A stretch of DNA of 39,862 nucleotides from an uncultured Treponemataceae bacterium (GTDB lineage Bacteria; Spirochaetota; Spirochaetia; Treponematales; Rectinemataceae), in assembly GCA_964654405.1 (NCBI GenBank), contig CAZZJJ010000001.1:1-39862 (forward strand), read 5' to 3'. Positions 32,718-39,862 of this stretch are shown piece after piece. A model generated the notes under the pieces. It ran no database searches and had not been told where the DNA came from. It saw only the letters and a list, made by a program, of their open reading frames with translations. Numbering within the stretch: the first letter of the stretch is position 1; each line of letters starts with the position of its first letter. The position numbers and the translations under genes were made by a program.

Positions 32718-34804
32718 GTGGCCTCCCATATCCGCATGACATCATGAGGACTGGCTGGGATTGAGGGCAAATTGAGCCCCAACGCCTGCGATAGAGCGCC
32801 GTAATATGCCGAGGGGATTGTTGCAAACGGCAATTCTCCTATCCCGAGCGCTGAAGTTCTGTCCGAATCCATAAATTCTATGACAATATCGGGAATCTCA
32901 TTGAATGGCAATCTTTTTTTCGCGAGATAGCTGGACGAGTCGAGTGTTTCCGGCACCACATCATCAAGAAGGCATAATCGCAATGCATTGACAGCCTGAG
33001 CCCGCAGAGAGGATTCCGCAACAGGCTTATTGATGATTCTGCCGGCGTCGACAGCCATCCAAATTGTTAGCGGCTTTACCTGTCCGGTTATGGCGTCAAC
33101 TTCCAGTTCAATAATTGTACCGCACCAGCTGGCTGCGTCAAAAGCTTTTCCAGACAATCCATCTTCGGTCCATTGAATACTAGGATTGCACTGCATCTGC
33201 GATTTTACAGTAAGCGGAAGAGTTTCTCTGAAGCGTTTTTTCTGCAAGGCTCGGCAGGACCGCTCGATAAGTTTGTTGATTGCAAAGACGCCACGGGACA
33301 CAACCATTGGTCCGCATCTACTGTTTGAGTGAACACTTTCCTGAATGACATGTATTGAACGTTCAGGCAGAGACAGTATTTCGCTGACTGTTTTTTTCCA
33401 CATGAGCCTTGCATTTTCAGATGAAATGGCTGCTTCTGTTTTAATGACAATCGTGAGGTCTTTTTCAAGCTGTACTTCGACTGAATATCGATTCTTTTCG
33501 GGAATGTTTAAAAATGCGTCTCCTGTCAGATAACCAAAACTGCCTGCTATGCCCCGGATGATTCCCTTCCTGCTTGCCGGATCGCGCTTTCTGATAACTT
33601 CATAGCTTGCATGTTTACGCTGGAAGTCAGCCATGATTTCGAGCTTTTGCTGAATTTTGGAAAAAGGAATGACCGATGAAACCTGAACATCGCCATGAAC
33701 GGTCATTCCCTTTGCAATCATATTGATGGCTTTGATTTCCGCTGGTGATTTCTGACATTTCCGGGCAAGATGGTTTAAATGAGCGTCAAGGGCGAAAAAG
33801 CCATGAATTGAACCAAGATTGCCGAGAGCGCCGAGGGGAATAACATTTGATTGAACAGCAAAAGCATCAATGGAGACAACAGGGCAGGCATATATTCCAA
33901 GCAAAGAAAGCACCGCGTGATCGAGCAGCTCCTCAGCCAATGGATTGTATGCCCCAATGTTGATGACTAGGCGAATATCCAATGAGGCCAGGCGCCCCTG
34001 CTGGTCGGAAAGGGAGCTTATTGAGATGCAGCTGCGTGCTTGCTTCGGCGCGAAGCAGTAATCTTCGCCTCGCGTGTAAAGGATTTTAACCGGTTTATTG
34101 CACAGCCGGGCGGCACACGCGGCGTGACAGGCAATCAGAGAAGGAAACCAAATTCTGCCTTCGATGCTTTGTCCCAGATCTGTTGGCCGTATCAGAATGT
34201 CTTTCTGCGGAACTTTAAGTACCTCGGAAATTGAGCTTCGAACATGGTTTGGCCACTGAGAAGCGCAGTATATAACCAGTTTGTCATATTCCCAGACTGC
34301 AAGGGCAGATGAAGGTTCAGAGTACTCGTGGTCAAATGAACCAGTCCAATGTGTTGTCGTTTCCCACTGCTGATCTGATATGCCCTTCGGGGTTGACACT
34401 TCGGTTTTGCCGATCCGAATTCTTTTTCTTGCTGCGATACGCGATGAAGGAAATGTCGTCCAGCTGAAATTTGGTTCGGACTCGCGGTAGGCGACTTTTA
34501 CGTTTAAAGACAGGTTGTCGCAGAGCACGGGATCAGGTCCGACAATCAACCCAAGCGGCTCCCCCCGATATCGAATTGTATCGGTCGCAAAGAGCGGAAT
34601 TCCATCTGAAAATTCAAGTGACATGCCGTCTTTTACCATATCTTCAGGCAGAATCATTCTGTAGCCAAAAGGAAGCTGTGAACGCTGAACAGAAAACTCT
34701 TTTGCGTAAGCAACTGTTGAGCGGATAGTCGAAGCGAAAAGCATATCCCGGACTTCAAGAAGAGTAAGAATGGGCAGCTGCTCGCCCGGTTTCATGCTAC
34801 TCAT
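32714..34804 (-). CDS. Xanthine dehydrogenase/aldehyde oxidase-family large (molybdopterin-binding-type) subunit, divergent
   Basis: a/b-hammerhead-like N-terminus (DMLFASTIRSTVAYAKEFSV, IRYRGEPLGLIVGP), NKPVKILYTRGEDY, C-terminal ALGIGELPF. Several canonical glycine-rich motifs were not seen (see findings). Confidence 0.75.
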   Translation of the reverse strand: MSSMKPGEQLPILTLLEVRDMLFASTIRSTVAYAKEFSVQRSQLPFGYRMILPEDMVKDGMSLEFSDGIPLFATDTIRYRGEPLGLIVGPDPVLCDNLSLNVKVAYRESEPNFSWTTFPSSRIAARKRIRIGKTEVSTPKGISDQQWETTTHWTGSFDHEYSEPSSALAVWEYDKLVIYCASQWPNHVRSSISEVLKVPQKDILIRPTDLGQSIEGRIWFPSLIACHAACAARLCNKPVKILYTRGEDYCFAPKQARSCISISSLSDQQGRLASLDIRLVINIGAYNPLAEELLDHAVLSLLGIYACPVVSIDAFAVQSNVIPLGALGNLGSIHGFFALDAHLNHLARKCQKSPAEIKAINMIAKGMTVHGDVQVSSVIPFSKIQQKLEIMADFQRKHASYEVIRKRDPASRKGIIRGIAGSFGYLTGDAFLNIPEKNRYSVEVQLEKDLTIVIKTEAAISSENARLMWKKTVSEILSLPERSIHVIQESVHSNSRCGPMVVSRGVFAINKLIERSCRALQKKRFRETLPLTVKSQMQCNPSIQWTEDGLSGKAFDAASWCGTIIELEVDAITGQVKPLTIWMAVDAGRIINKPVAESSLRAQAVNALRLCLLDDVVPETLDSSSYLAKKRLPFNEIPDIVIEFMDSDRTSALGIGELPFATIPSAYYGALSQALGLNLPSIPASPHDVMRIWEAT

Positions 34805-35328
34805 GTTTTTACGGTCTCAACGGTTTCAAGTATGTCAAAACCAAGTACGATAGTCATCTGGGAATTGCAAATATCGAGCTGTATAGTAGCCCTCCGCTTT
34901 CTTTTATTTACCTTAACTATATTCCCTTCATAACCGGCAAGCGGACCATCTATAACCCGAATCTTGTTGTTCTCATCGAATACGACACGTGAATTGCCGA
35001 TTTCATGTCTGAAAGAGATGAAATGGCGGATTATTTCCGCATCCCTCTGACAAAGGGGCTGGATATTGTCAGTAGATGGAAGGATTCGCAGAAAATATTT
35101 CGTTTTTCGAATAGCCTGAACCAGTTCTGGGCTCAGGTGCTCATCATGGTACTGAAAAAAGAGATATCCCGGGAATAGGCTGGACTGAATTTTAACGGGT
35201 TTTCCTGCTTTTCTTGAGGAAGTTGTTTTGACAATGTGATGAATGGTGATGTCAGCCCTGTGGCGGAAGAGGAGTTCCTTATAGAGTGCCTCTCGGCCAG
35301 AAATTACCTGAATAGCAAAAAAATTCAT
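34801..35328 (-). CDS. Specialised NusG paralog (NGN + KOW domains)
   Basis: NGN-like FAIQVISGRE...LFPGYLFFQY...IRKTKYFLRIL and KOW-like VIDGPLAGYEGNIVKV. Start at ATG 35328 (MNFFAIQ). The longer ORF to 35451 would overrun the ligA start. ATGA overlap with the downstream large subunit. Confidence 0.75.
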   Translation of the reverse strand: MNFFAIQVISGREALYKELLFRHRADITIHHIVKTTSSRKAGKPVKIQSSLFPGYLFFQYHDEHLSPELVQAIRKTKYFLRILPSTDNIQPLCQRDAEIIRHFISFRHEIGNSRVVFDENNKIRVIDGPLAGYEGNIVKVNKRKRRATIQLDICNSQMTIVLGFDILETVETVKT

Positions 35329-35346
35329 GACGTACCTTTTAACGTA

Positions 35347-35375
35347 TTGATGATGTTCTGACAGCATTCTATGAT
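35347..35375 (+). promoter_or_regulatory. Candidate sigma70-type promoter of ligA
   Basis: TTGATG (35347-35352), 17-nt spacer, TATGAT (35370-35375). Confidence 0.4.
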
Positions 35376-35394
35376 TGCAGAGGAAATTTTGCAA
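35366..35394 (-). promoter_or_regulatory. Candidate sigma70-type promoter of the NusG-paralog operon
   Basis: Minus strand TTGCAA (35394-35389), 17-nt spacer, TAGAAT (35371-35366). The -10 overlaps the ligA -10 by 2 bp. Confidence 0.4.
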
Positions 35395-35426
35395 TCGTTT
35401 TTGAAAGCCCGAAAGGAGAAGGATGC

Positions 35427-37385
35427 ATGGAGCAGGATCAAACAGCGGCACGTGTCAGAGAACTCGAAATACTGATAAAAAAACATCAGGACTTGTATTA
35501 CAACGCCGAGCCTGAAATCAGCGATGAAGCGTTTGACGCTCTCTGGGATGAACTTGCGCGTCTTGATCCGAACAACAGCCTATTGAAAAAGGTTGGTGAG
35601 GATCGCCTTGATGGATGGCCAAAAGCCAGACACCTGATCCCAATGGGAAGCCAATCCAAGGCAGCGGATCCGGAGAGTTTTTCCTCATGGGCAATGAAAA
35701 ATCCTTCCAACCTGTATCTCGTGCAGTACAAGCTCGATGGGGCGAGCATAGAGCTGCAATATAAAAATGGCAGGCTTGAAAAAGCGGTTACGCGTGGAGA
35801 TGGAATTATCGGTGACGATATTACTCCCAACGCCCTGCGTATGATCGGTGTGACAGCCGAACTGCCCATACCCTTTACTGGCGGTGTCCGCGGCGAAGTA
35901 CTGATGTCACATGAAATCCATCGTACAAAATACGCTGACAAGGCCAACTGCAGAAATGCCGCGAATGGATTGATGAAGCGCAAGGACGGTACGGGTTCTG
36001 AAGACTTGCAGGTGATTTGCTACGACGCGGCTGGCATGGCTGCTGAGCAGGAAACAGCCGCTCCTGACATACGTGTACATCTTGATTTTAAAACCGAAAT
36101 GGACAAGCTTGGCTGGCTGGAAAAAATGGGGTTTACGACAGTGCCTTCTGTTTTGCTGAAAAGCCCGGAAGAAATTATAGAGTACCGAGGAAAAATCATG
36201 GCAATCCGCAAGGATTTACCCTTCGATATCGATGGACTTGTGATCAAACTGCCGGAAATTGATCCTGAAGATGCTGCCAAGCCAAGACCTGAAAAGCAGA
36301 TCGCATTCAAATTCAGCCTTGAAGAAGCGGTGACGACGCTTGTCGCGATAGAATGGAGCGAAAGCGGCGTCAATTATACACCAATAGGCATCGTCGAACC
36401 TGTACGGCTTGCCGGAACAACCGTTCAGCGCGCAAATCTCTGTAATCCGGACATGATACGAACCATGAGGCTTAAAATTGGCTCACGGGTGGTCATTGTC
36501 AAACGGGGGGAAATCATTCCCAAAATAGAAACACTGGTTGAAAACCCGCCTGACGCAGAGGAGATTGGACAGCCCGAGCACTGCTCACGATGCGGGACTG
36601 CTCTTGTTGATGAAGGAACCCGCTTGTATTGCCCCAATCCGGCTTGCCCCAAGCGCGCTCTGCACCGTATTGAAAAGTGGATTTCAACCTTGGATATCAG
36701 GGAACTTGGCGATGTGCTGATTCAAAAGCTTTTCGACGCGGGCAAACTCCGTTCCATAGCTGATCTGTACAGGCTTACTGCTGAGGATTTGGAGCGCCTA
36801 GAACGAATGGGTCCGGTTTTGGCTCGAAAGATAATCCGAAGTATTGAAGCAGTCAGAGAAATACCGCTTGAAGTATTTCTGGCTGGTCTCGACATTGAAG
36901 GAGTCGGTCCGCTGGTTGCCCGAAATCTGGTAGTTAATGGTTTCAATACCCTTGAAAAGCTGCTTTCCGCCCGGGAAGAGGATTTCCTGACTCTGGACGG
37001 CATCGGCCTCATTATGGCCAAGAGCATTGTTGGCGGGTTGAAGGAATGCAAAAATGAAATCGAAGAAATTCTCATGACTAGCAAAATCCGGATTCAGACG
37101 CACGTTGCAGATTCTGCAGAAGCTGTTTTGGCTGGTAAAAGCTTCTGCTTTACAGGTGAACTTGTCTCAATGAAGCGTCAGGAGGCTGAAAAGCTTGTAG
37201 CACGCTTTGGGGGTACAACAAAATCCTCGATAACCAAGGACCTTTCATACCTGGTTACCAATGAACCTGGATCAGGATCCGAAAAAAATAAAAAAGCACG
37301 GGAGTATGGCATTCCCGTTATAAATGAAACTGAGTTTCTAGCTCTTATCGATAATGCAAAAGAGCAAGCAGCTAAAAATGAATGA
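35427..37385 (+). CDS. ligA: NAD-dependent DNA ligase
   Basis: Adenylation motif YKLDGASIEL, OB fold, Zn finger CSRCGTALVDEGTRLYCPNPACP, HhH repeats, C-terminal BRCT (GKSFCFTGEL). AAGGAG RBS. Confidence 0.95.
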   Translation: MEQDQTAARVRELEILIKKHQDLYYNAEPEISDEAFDALWDELARLDPNNSLLKKVGEDRLDGWPKARHLIPMGSQSKAADPESFSSWAMKNPSNLYLVQYKLDGASIELQYKNGRLEKAVTRGDGIIGDDITPNALRMIGVTAELPIPFTGGVRGEVLMSHEIHRTKYADKANCRNAANGLMKRKDGTGSEDLQVICYDAAGMAAEQETAAPDIRVHLDFKTEMDKLGWLEKMGFTTVPSVLLKSPEEIIEYRGKIMAIRKDLPFDIDGLVIKLPEIDPEDAAKPRPEKQIAFKFSLEEAVTTLVAIEWSESGVNYTPIGIVEPVRLAGTTVQRANLCNPDMIRTMRLKIGSRVVIVKRGEIIPKIETLVENPPDAEEIGQPEHCSRCGTALVDEGTRLYCPNPACPKRALHRIEKWISTLDIRELGDVLIQKLFDAGKLRSIADLYRLTAEDLERLERMGPVLARKIIRSIEAVREIPLEVFLAGLDIEGVGPLVARNLVVNGFNTLEKLLSAREEDFLTLDGIGLIMAKSIVGGLKECKNEIEEILMTSKIRIQTHVADSAEAVLAGKSFCFTGELVSMKRQEAEKLVARFGGTTKSSITKDLSYLVTNEPGSGSEKNKKAREYGIPVINETEFLALIDNAKEQAAKNE

Positions 37386-37707
37386 TTTATCATACATAGT
37401 AAAGCAGGCAAGGGTATTCTTCCCTGTAACCGCTATTCCTAAGGCATCGCAAGACAAGGTGGATGGTATCAGAAATGAGGCTCTACTGATACGAATCCAG
37501 GCTGCCCCTGAAGATGGAAAGGCAAATACCGCGATTGTCAACGTTCTCTCAAAAGCTCTGAAACTTCCGAAATCAGAAATTCGAATTGAACATGGACATG
37601 CAAATCGGCATAAGATTATTTCCTTACCGCAAAACAGTTTCTCAAGCCTTCAGAAACTCTGCCTGATCAATCTTTCCGGAAAAGAACCCAGCGATTCATC
37701 GCCTTGA
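37378..37707 (+). CDS. DUF167 (YggU) family protein
   Basis: LIRIQAAPEDGKANTAIVNVLSKALKLPKSEIRIEHGHANRHKII matches the YggU pattern (GKAN...G..SR.K). ATG 37378 overlaps the ligA end by 8 nt. Confidence 0.7.
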   Translation: MNDLSYIVKQARVFFPVTAIPKASQDKVDGIRNEALLIRIQAAPEDGKANTAIVNVLSKALKLPKSEIRIEHGHANRHKIISLPQNSFSSLQKLCLINLSGKEPSDSSP

Positions 37708-37733
37708 TATTCATGCATGGTGAATAGTATTAT
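37704..37733 (+). promoter_or_regulatory. Possible promoter of argS
   Basis: TTGATA (37704-37709), 18-nt spacer, TATTAT (37728-37733). Overlaps the DUF167 stop. Confidence 0.3.
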
Positions 37734-37762
37734 GGTTCGATTTTTACAAGGAGCGTACCCGC

Positions 37763-39523
37763 ATGACCGAACTGAAAGCGGCCTGGAAACAGCGCGTCTA
37801 TGCTGCGCTGCGGAAATTTGCCCAATCGGGAAACCTGGCAATCGATACTCTATCCGAAGATATGATTGTTGCAGAATTTCCCCCGAAACCAGAACTTGGC
37901 GATATAGGATTTCCCATGTTCAGTTATGCAAAAATTTTCAGAATGAGTCCCGCGAACCTGGCATCCCAGGTTGCTGCCGCTCTTGAGCCTGCAAAAGGCG
38001 ATGATGGAGCAGATTTGGGTGCAGCCAAAGCAGTCGGCCCTTATCTCAATGTCTATTTCAACCGCGAAGCGCTGTCGAAGTACATTTTTCAAAATGGAAC
38101 AAGCTTTGCCCGAAGCCCGCTCGCCGGCCGCAAGGTCATGATCGAATTTTCCTGCCCGAACACGAACAAACCGCTTCATCTGGGTCATTTGCGCAACAAT
38201 GTTCTGGGTGAATCACTGTCCAGAATCATAAAAACTGCCGGTGCGGAGGTTCGGAAAGTCAATCTGATCAATGACCGCGGTATACATATTTGTAAATCCA
38301 TGCTTGCCTATCAGGTATATGGGGGAGGGCGAACGCCGGAAGACGAGGGTTTGAAAAGCGACCATTTTGTGGGCAAATACTACGTTCTTTTCAATACCCT
38401 GAAGAGCGAAGACCCCTCGGCCGAAGAAAAAGCGCAGGAACTTCTAAGAAAATGGGAAGCGGAAGACCCCGATGTTATGAATCTGTGGAAAAAAATGAAC
38501 ACCTGGGCAGTCGACGGCATCAAGGCTACCTATGCCCGCCAGGGAATCTCTTTTGACCAGTATTACTTTGAAAGCCAGACCTATATGAAAGGCAAGGAAG
38601 AAATTCTGGCCGGTCTTGAGCGGAATATTTTCTATCGCGAAGAAGATGGTTCAATTTGGGCAAATCTGGAAGATATCGGGCTTGATCGGAAAGTCCTGCT
38701 CCGCAAGGACGGCACCAGTCTCTATATTACCCAGGATATCGGCACCGCCATCTACCGGCATGTCGATTGGCCCTTTGACCAGCTGATTTATGTAGTTGCG
38801 AGTGAACAGCAATATCATTTCAGAGTTCTTTTTGAAATCTTGAAGCGGCTTGGCTATGCGTGGGCTAAAGACCTTTATCATTTATCCTATGGACTCGTCA
38901 ATCTTCCCTCGGGGCGAATGAAAACCCGTGAAGGCACGGTGGTCGATGCCGATGACCTGATCGACGAGCTCGCGTCACTGGCGCAGAAAGAAATAGCGGA
39001 ACGGGAGCGGGAATCGGCAATCGATGACGCGGCAAAAGTGGCGGAAAAAATAGCACTGGGCGCCCTTCATTATTATCTTTTGCAGACTTCACCCGTTAAA
39101 GACATGCTCTACAATCCGGAGCAATCGCTCTCGTTCACAGGAAATACTGGGCCCTATATACAATATATGGGCGCTCGCGCCTGCTCCATACTGAGAAAAT
39201 ACGACAAGGGCGAGGGCAATGCCGGAAAAGGAACGGTTACACCGGCAAAACTGTCCTCTGATGCTGACTGGATGCTCGTAAGACGTCTTCTGGCCCTGCA
39301 AGAGGCAGTAGAGCTTGCGGCGCGCAGCAAGGAGCCTTCTGTCGTCGCGGCCTATGCACATGACCTCGCTTCCGATTTTTCTTCCTGGTATCGGGACAAC
39401 CCTGTTCTTGCAAGCGAGGATCCAGATCTCTCAGCTACCCGTGTCGAGCTTGTAAAAGCTGTCAAGTCAGCGCTGCAGAACGTATGCTGGATGCTCTGCA
39501 TACCATTTCTCGAAGAGATGTAA
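37763..39523 (+). CDS. argS: Arginine--tRNA ligase
   Basis: Class I HIGH motif PLHLGHLRN. Length and DALR-type anticodon-binding C-terminus. AAGGAG RBS. Confidence 0.95.
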   Translation: MTELKAAWKQRVYAALRKFAQSGNLAIDTLSEDMIVAEFPPKPELGDIGFPMFSYAKIFRMSPANLASQVAAALEPAKGDDGADLGAAKAVGPYLNVYFNREALSKYIFQNGTSFARSPLAGRKVMIEFSCPNTNKPLHLGHLRNNVLGESLSRIIKTAGAEVRKVNLINDRGIHICKSMLAYQVYGGGRTPEDEGLKSDHFVGKYYVLFNTLKSEDPSAEEKAQELLRKWEAEDPDVMNLWKKMNTWAVDGIKATYARQGISFDQYYFESQTYMKGKEEILAGLERNIFYREEDGSIWANLEDIGLDRKVLLRKDGTSLYITQDIGTAIYRHVDWPFDQLIYVVASEQQYHFRVLFEILKRLGYAWAKDLYHLSYGLVNLPSGRMKTREGTVVDADDLIDELASLAQKEIAERERESAIDDAAKVAEKIALGALHYYLLQTSPVKDMLYNPEQSLSFTGNTGPYIQYMGARACSILRKYDKGEGNAGKGTVTPAKLSSDADWMLVRRLLALQEAVELAARSKEPSVVAAYAHDLASDFSSWYRDNPVLASEDPDLSATRVELVKAVKSALQNVCWMLCIPFLEEM

Positions 39524-39560
39524 TTCACGAAGCAGGATGACAGAAGTTTCCCCATACCCG

Positions 39561-39590
39561 TTGACAGTCATGGACATTACAGTGTATAAA
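39561..39590 (+). promoter_or_regulatory. Candidate sigma70-type promoter of rplU
   Basis: TTGACA (39561-39566), 18-nt spacer, TATAAA (39585-39590), about 40 nt upstream of the rplU ATG. Confidence 0.5.
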
Positions 39591-39629
39591 GCTTCGCCAC
39601 GCAAGGATTTTTAGTGAGGATAACCAATC

Positions 39630-39862
39630 ATGTACGCAATTGTTGAAATTAACGGAAAGCAATACCGGGCCGAACAGGGAAAAAAGCTTACGGTAGACCG
39701 CATTGAAGCTGATCAGGGCTCAAGCCTCTCTCTTGATAAAGTACTGCTTGTTTCCCGGGATGAAGCGGTTACTGTTGGCACCCCCTATGTTGCCGGCGTT
39801 ACTGTCAAGGCTGTTGTTGAAGAAGAAGTCAAGGGCGACAAGGTCATCGTTTTCAAGTACAA
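39630..39862 (+). CDS. rplU: 50S ribosomal protein L21, 3'-truncated by window edge
   Basis: MYAIVEINGKQYRAEQGKKL is the canonical L21 N-terminus. GTGAGGA RBS. Confidence 0.9.
   Translation, partial: MYAIVEINGKQYRAEQGKKLTVDRIEADQGSSLSLDKVLLVSRDEAVTVGTPYVAGVTVKAVVEEEVKGDKVIVFKY

Noticed and set aside
35373-35403. Hairpin GATTGCA/TGCAATC followed by GTTTTTG read as an intrinsic terminator on the plus strand
   Set aside because: There is no plus-strand gene upstream to terminate, the stem is only 7 bp and AT-rich, and it overlaps the promoter elements. An operator or 5'-UTR element is the more likely interpretation (reported as such in findings).
35329-35451. 41-codon N-terminal extension of the NusG-paralog ORF
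   Set aside because: It would overlap the ligA start codon, RBS and both predicted promoters. The NGN domain begins right at MNFFAIQ (ATG 35328).
1-39862. CRISPR arrays, tandem or dispersed long repeats, IS elements, prophage or defence-system genes
   Set aside because: None was recognised on visual inspection of either strand. Intergenic gaps are all under 300 bp and are accounted for by promoters, a tRNA or terminators. A computational repeat search would be needed to exclude short dispersed repeats.

Overview
Densely packed, mostly protein-coding chromosomal segment from an anaerobe-like, saccharolytic bacterium. The V-ATPase gene order E-DUF2764-A-B-D-I-K resembles Spirochaetota, Bacteroidota and Chlamydiota, but taxonomy cannot be settled by eye. 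No CRISPR array, transposase, integrase or phage gene was seen. Layout, left to right: (1) The tail of an ABC importer (permease fragment plus ATPase) and a convergent stand-alone CBS-pair gene. (2) A roughly 16 kb carbohydrate or sugar-acid locus (1875-17689). A 9-gene plus-strand operon encodes Gfo/Idh/MocA, Ldh_2, TIM barrel, Gfo/Idh/MocA, TIM barrel, NagA-like, atypical SDR-epimerase-like and DapA-like proteins. It runs into a convergent minus-strand tripartite tricarboxylate transporter operon (tctCBA). A divergent 4-gene operon (SDR, GH88-like hydrolase, TIM barrel, Gfo/Idh/MocA) follows. No kinase, regulator or polysaccharide lyase is visible in this locus. (3) tRNA-Gly(UCC). (4) A 7-gene V-type ATPase operon whose proteolipid carries the Na+-binding ligand set. 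(5) ispG, an ArsR-family regulator, a pseudo-receiver domain protein and mfd. (6) A tightly overlapping 5-gene minus-strand operon: a specialised NusG paralog, then the large, 2Fe-2S and FAD subunits of a xanthine-dehydrogenase-family enzyme, then a tetrapyrrole-methylase-fold methyltransferase. (7) ligA, a DUF167 gene, argS and the start of rplU. The two best candidates for undescribed biology are the NusG-paralog-led molybdenum-hydroxylase-like operon, whose large subunit looks motif-degenerate, and the regulator-less, kinase-less oxidoreductase/TIM-barrel sugar locus built around a TTT transporter. All family calls rest on motifs read by eye and on recollection of family signatures. No searches were run.
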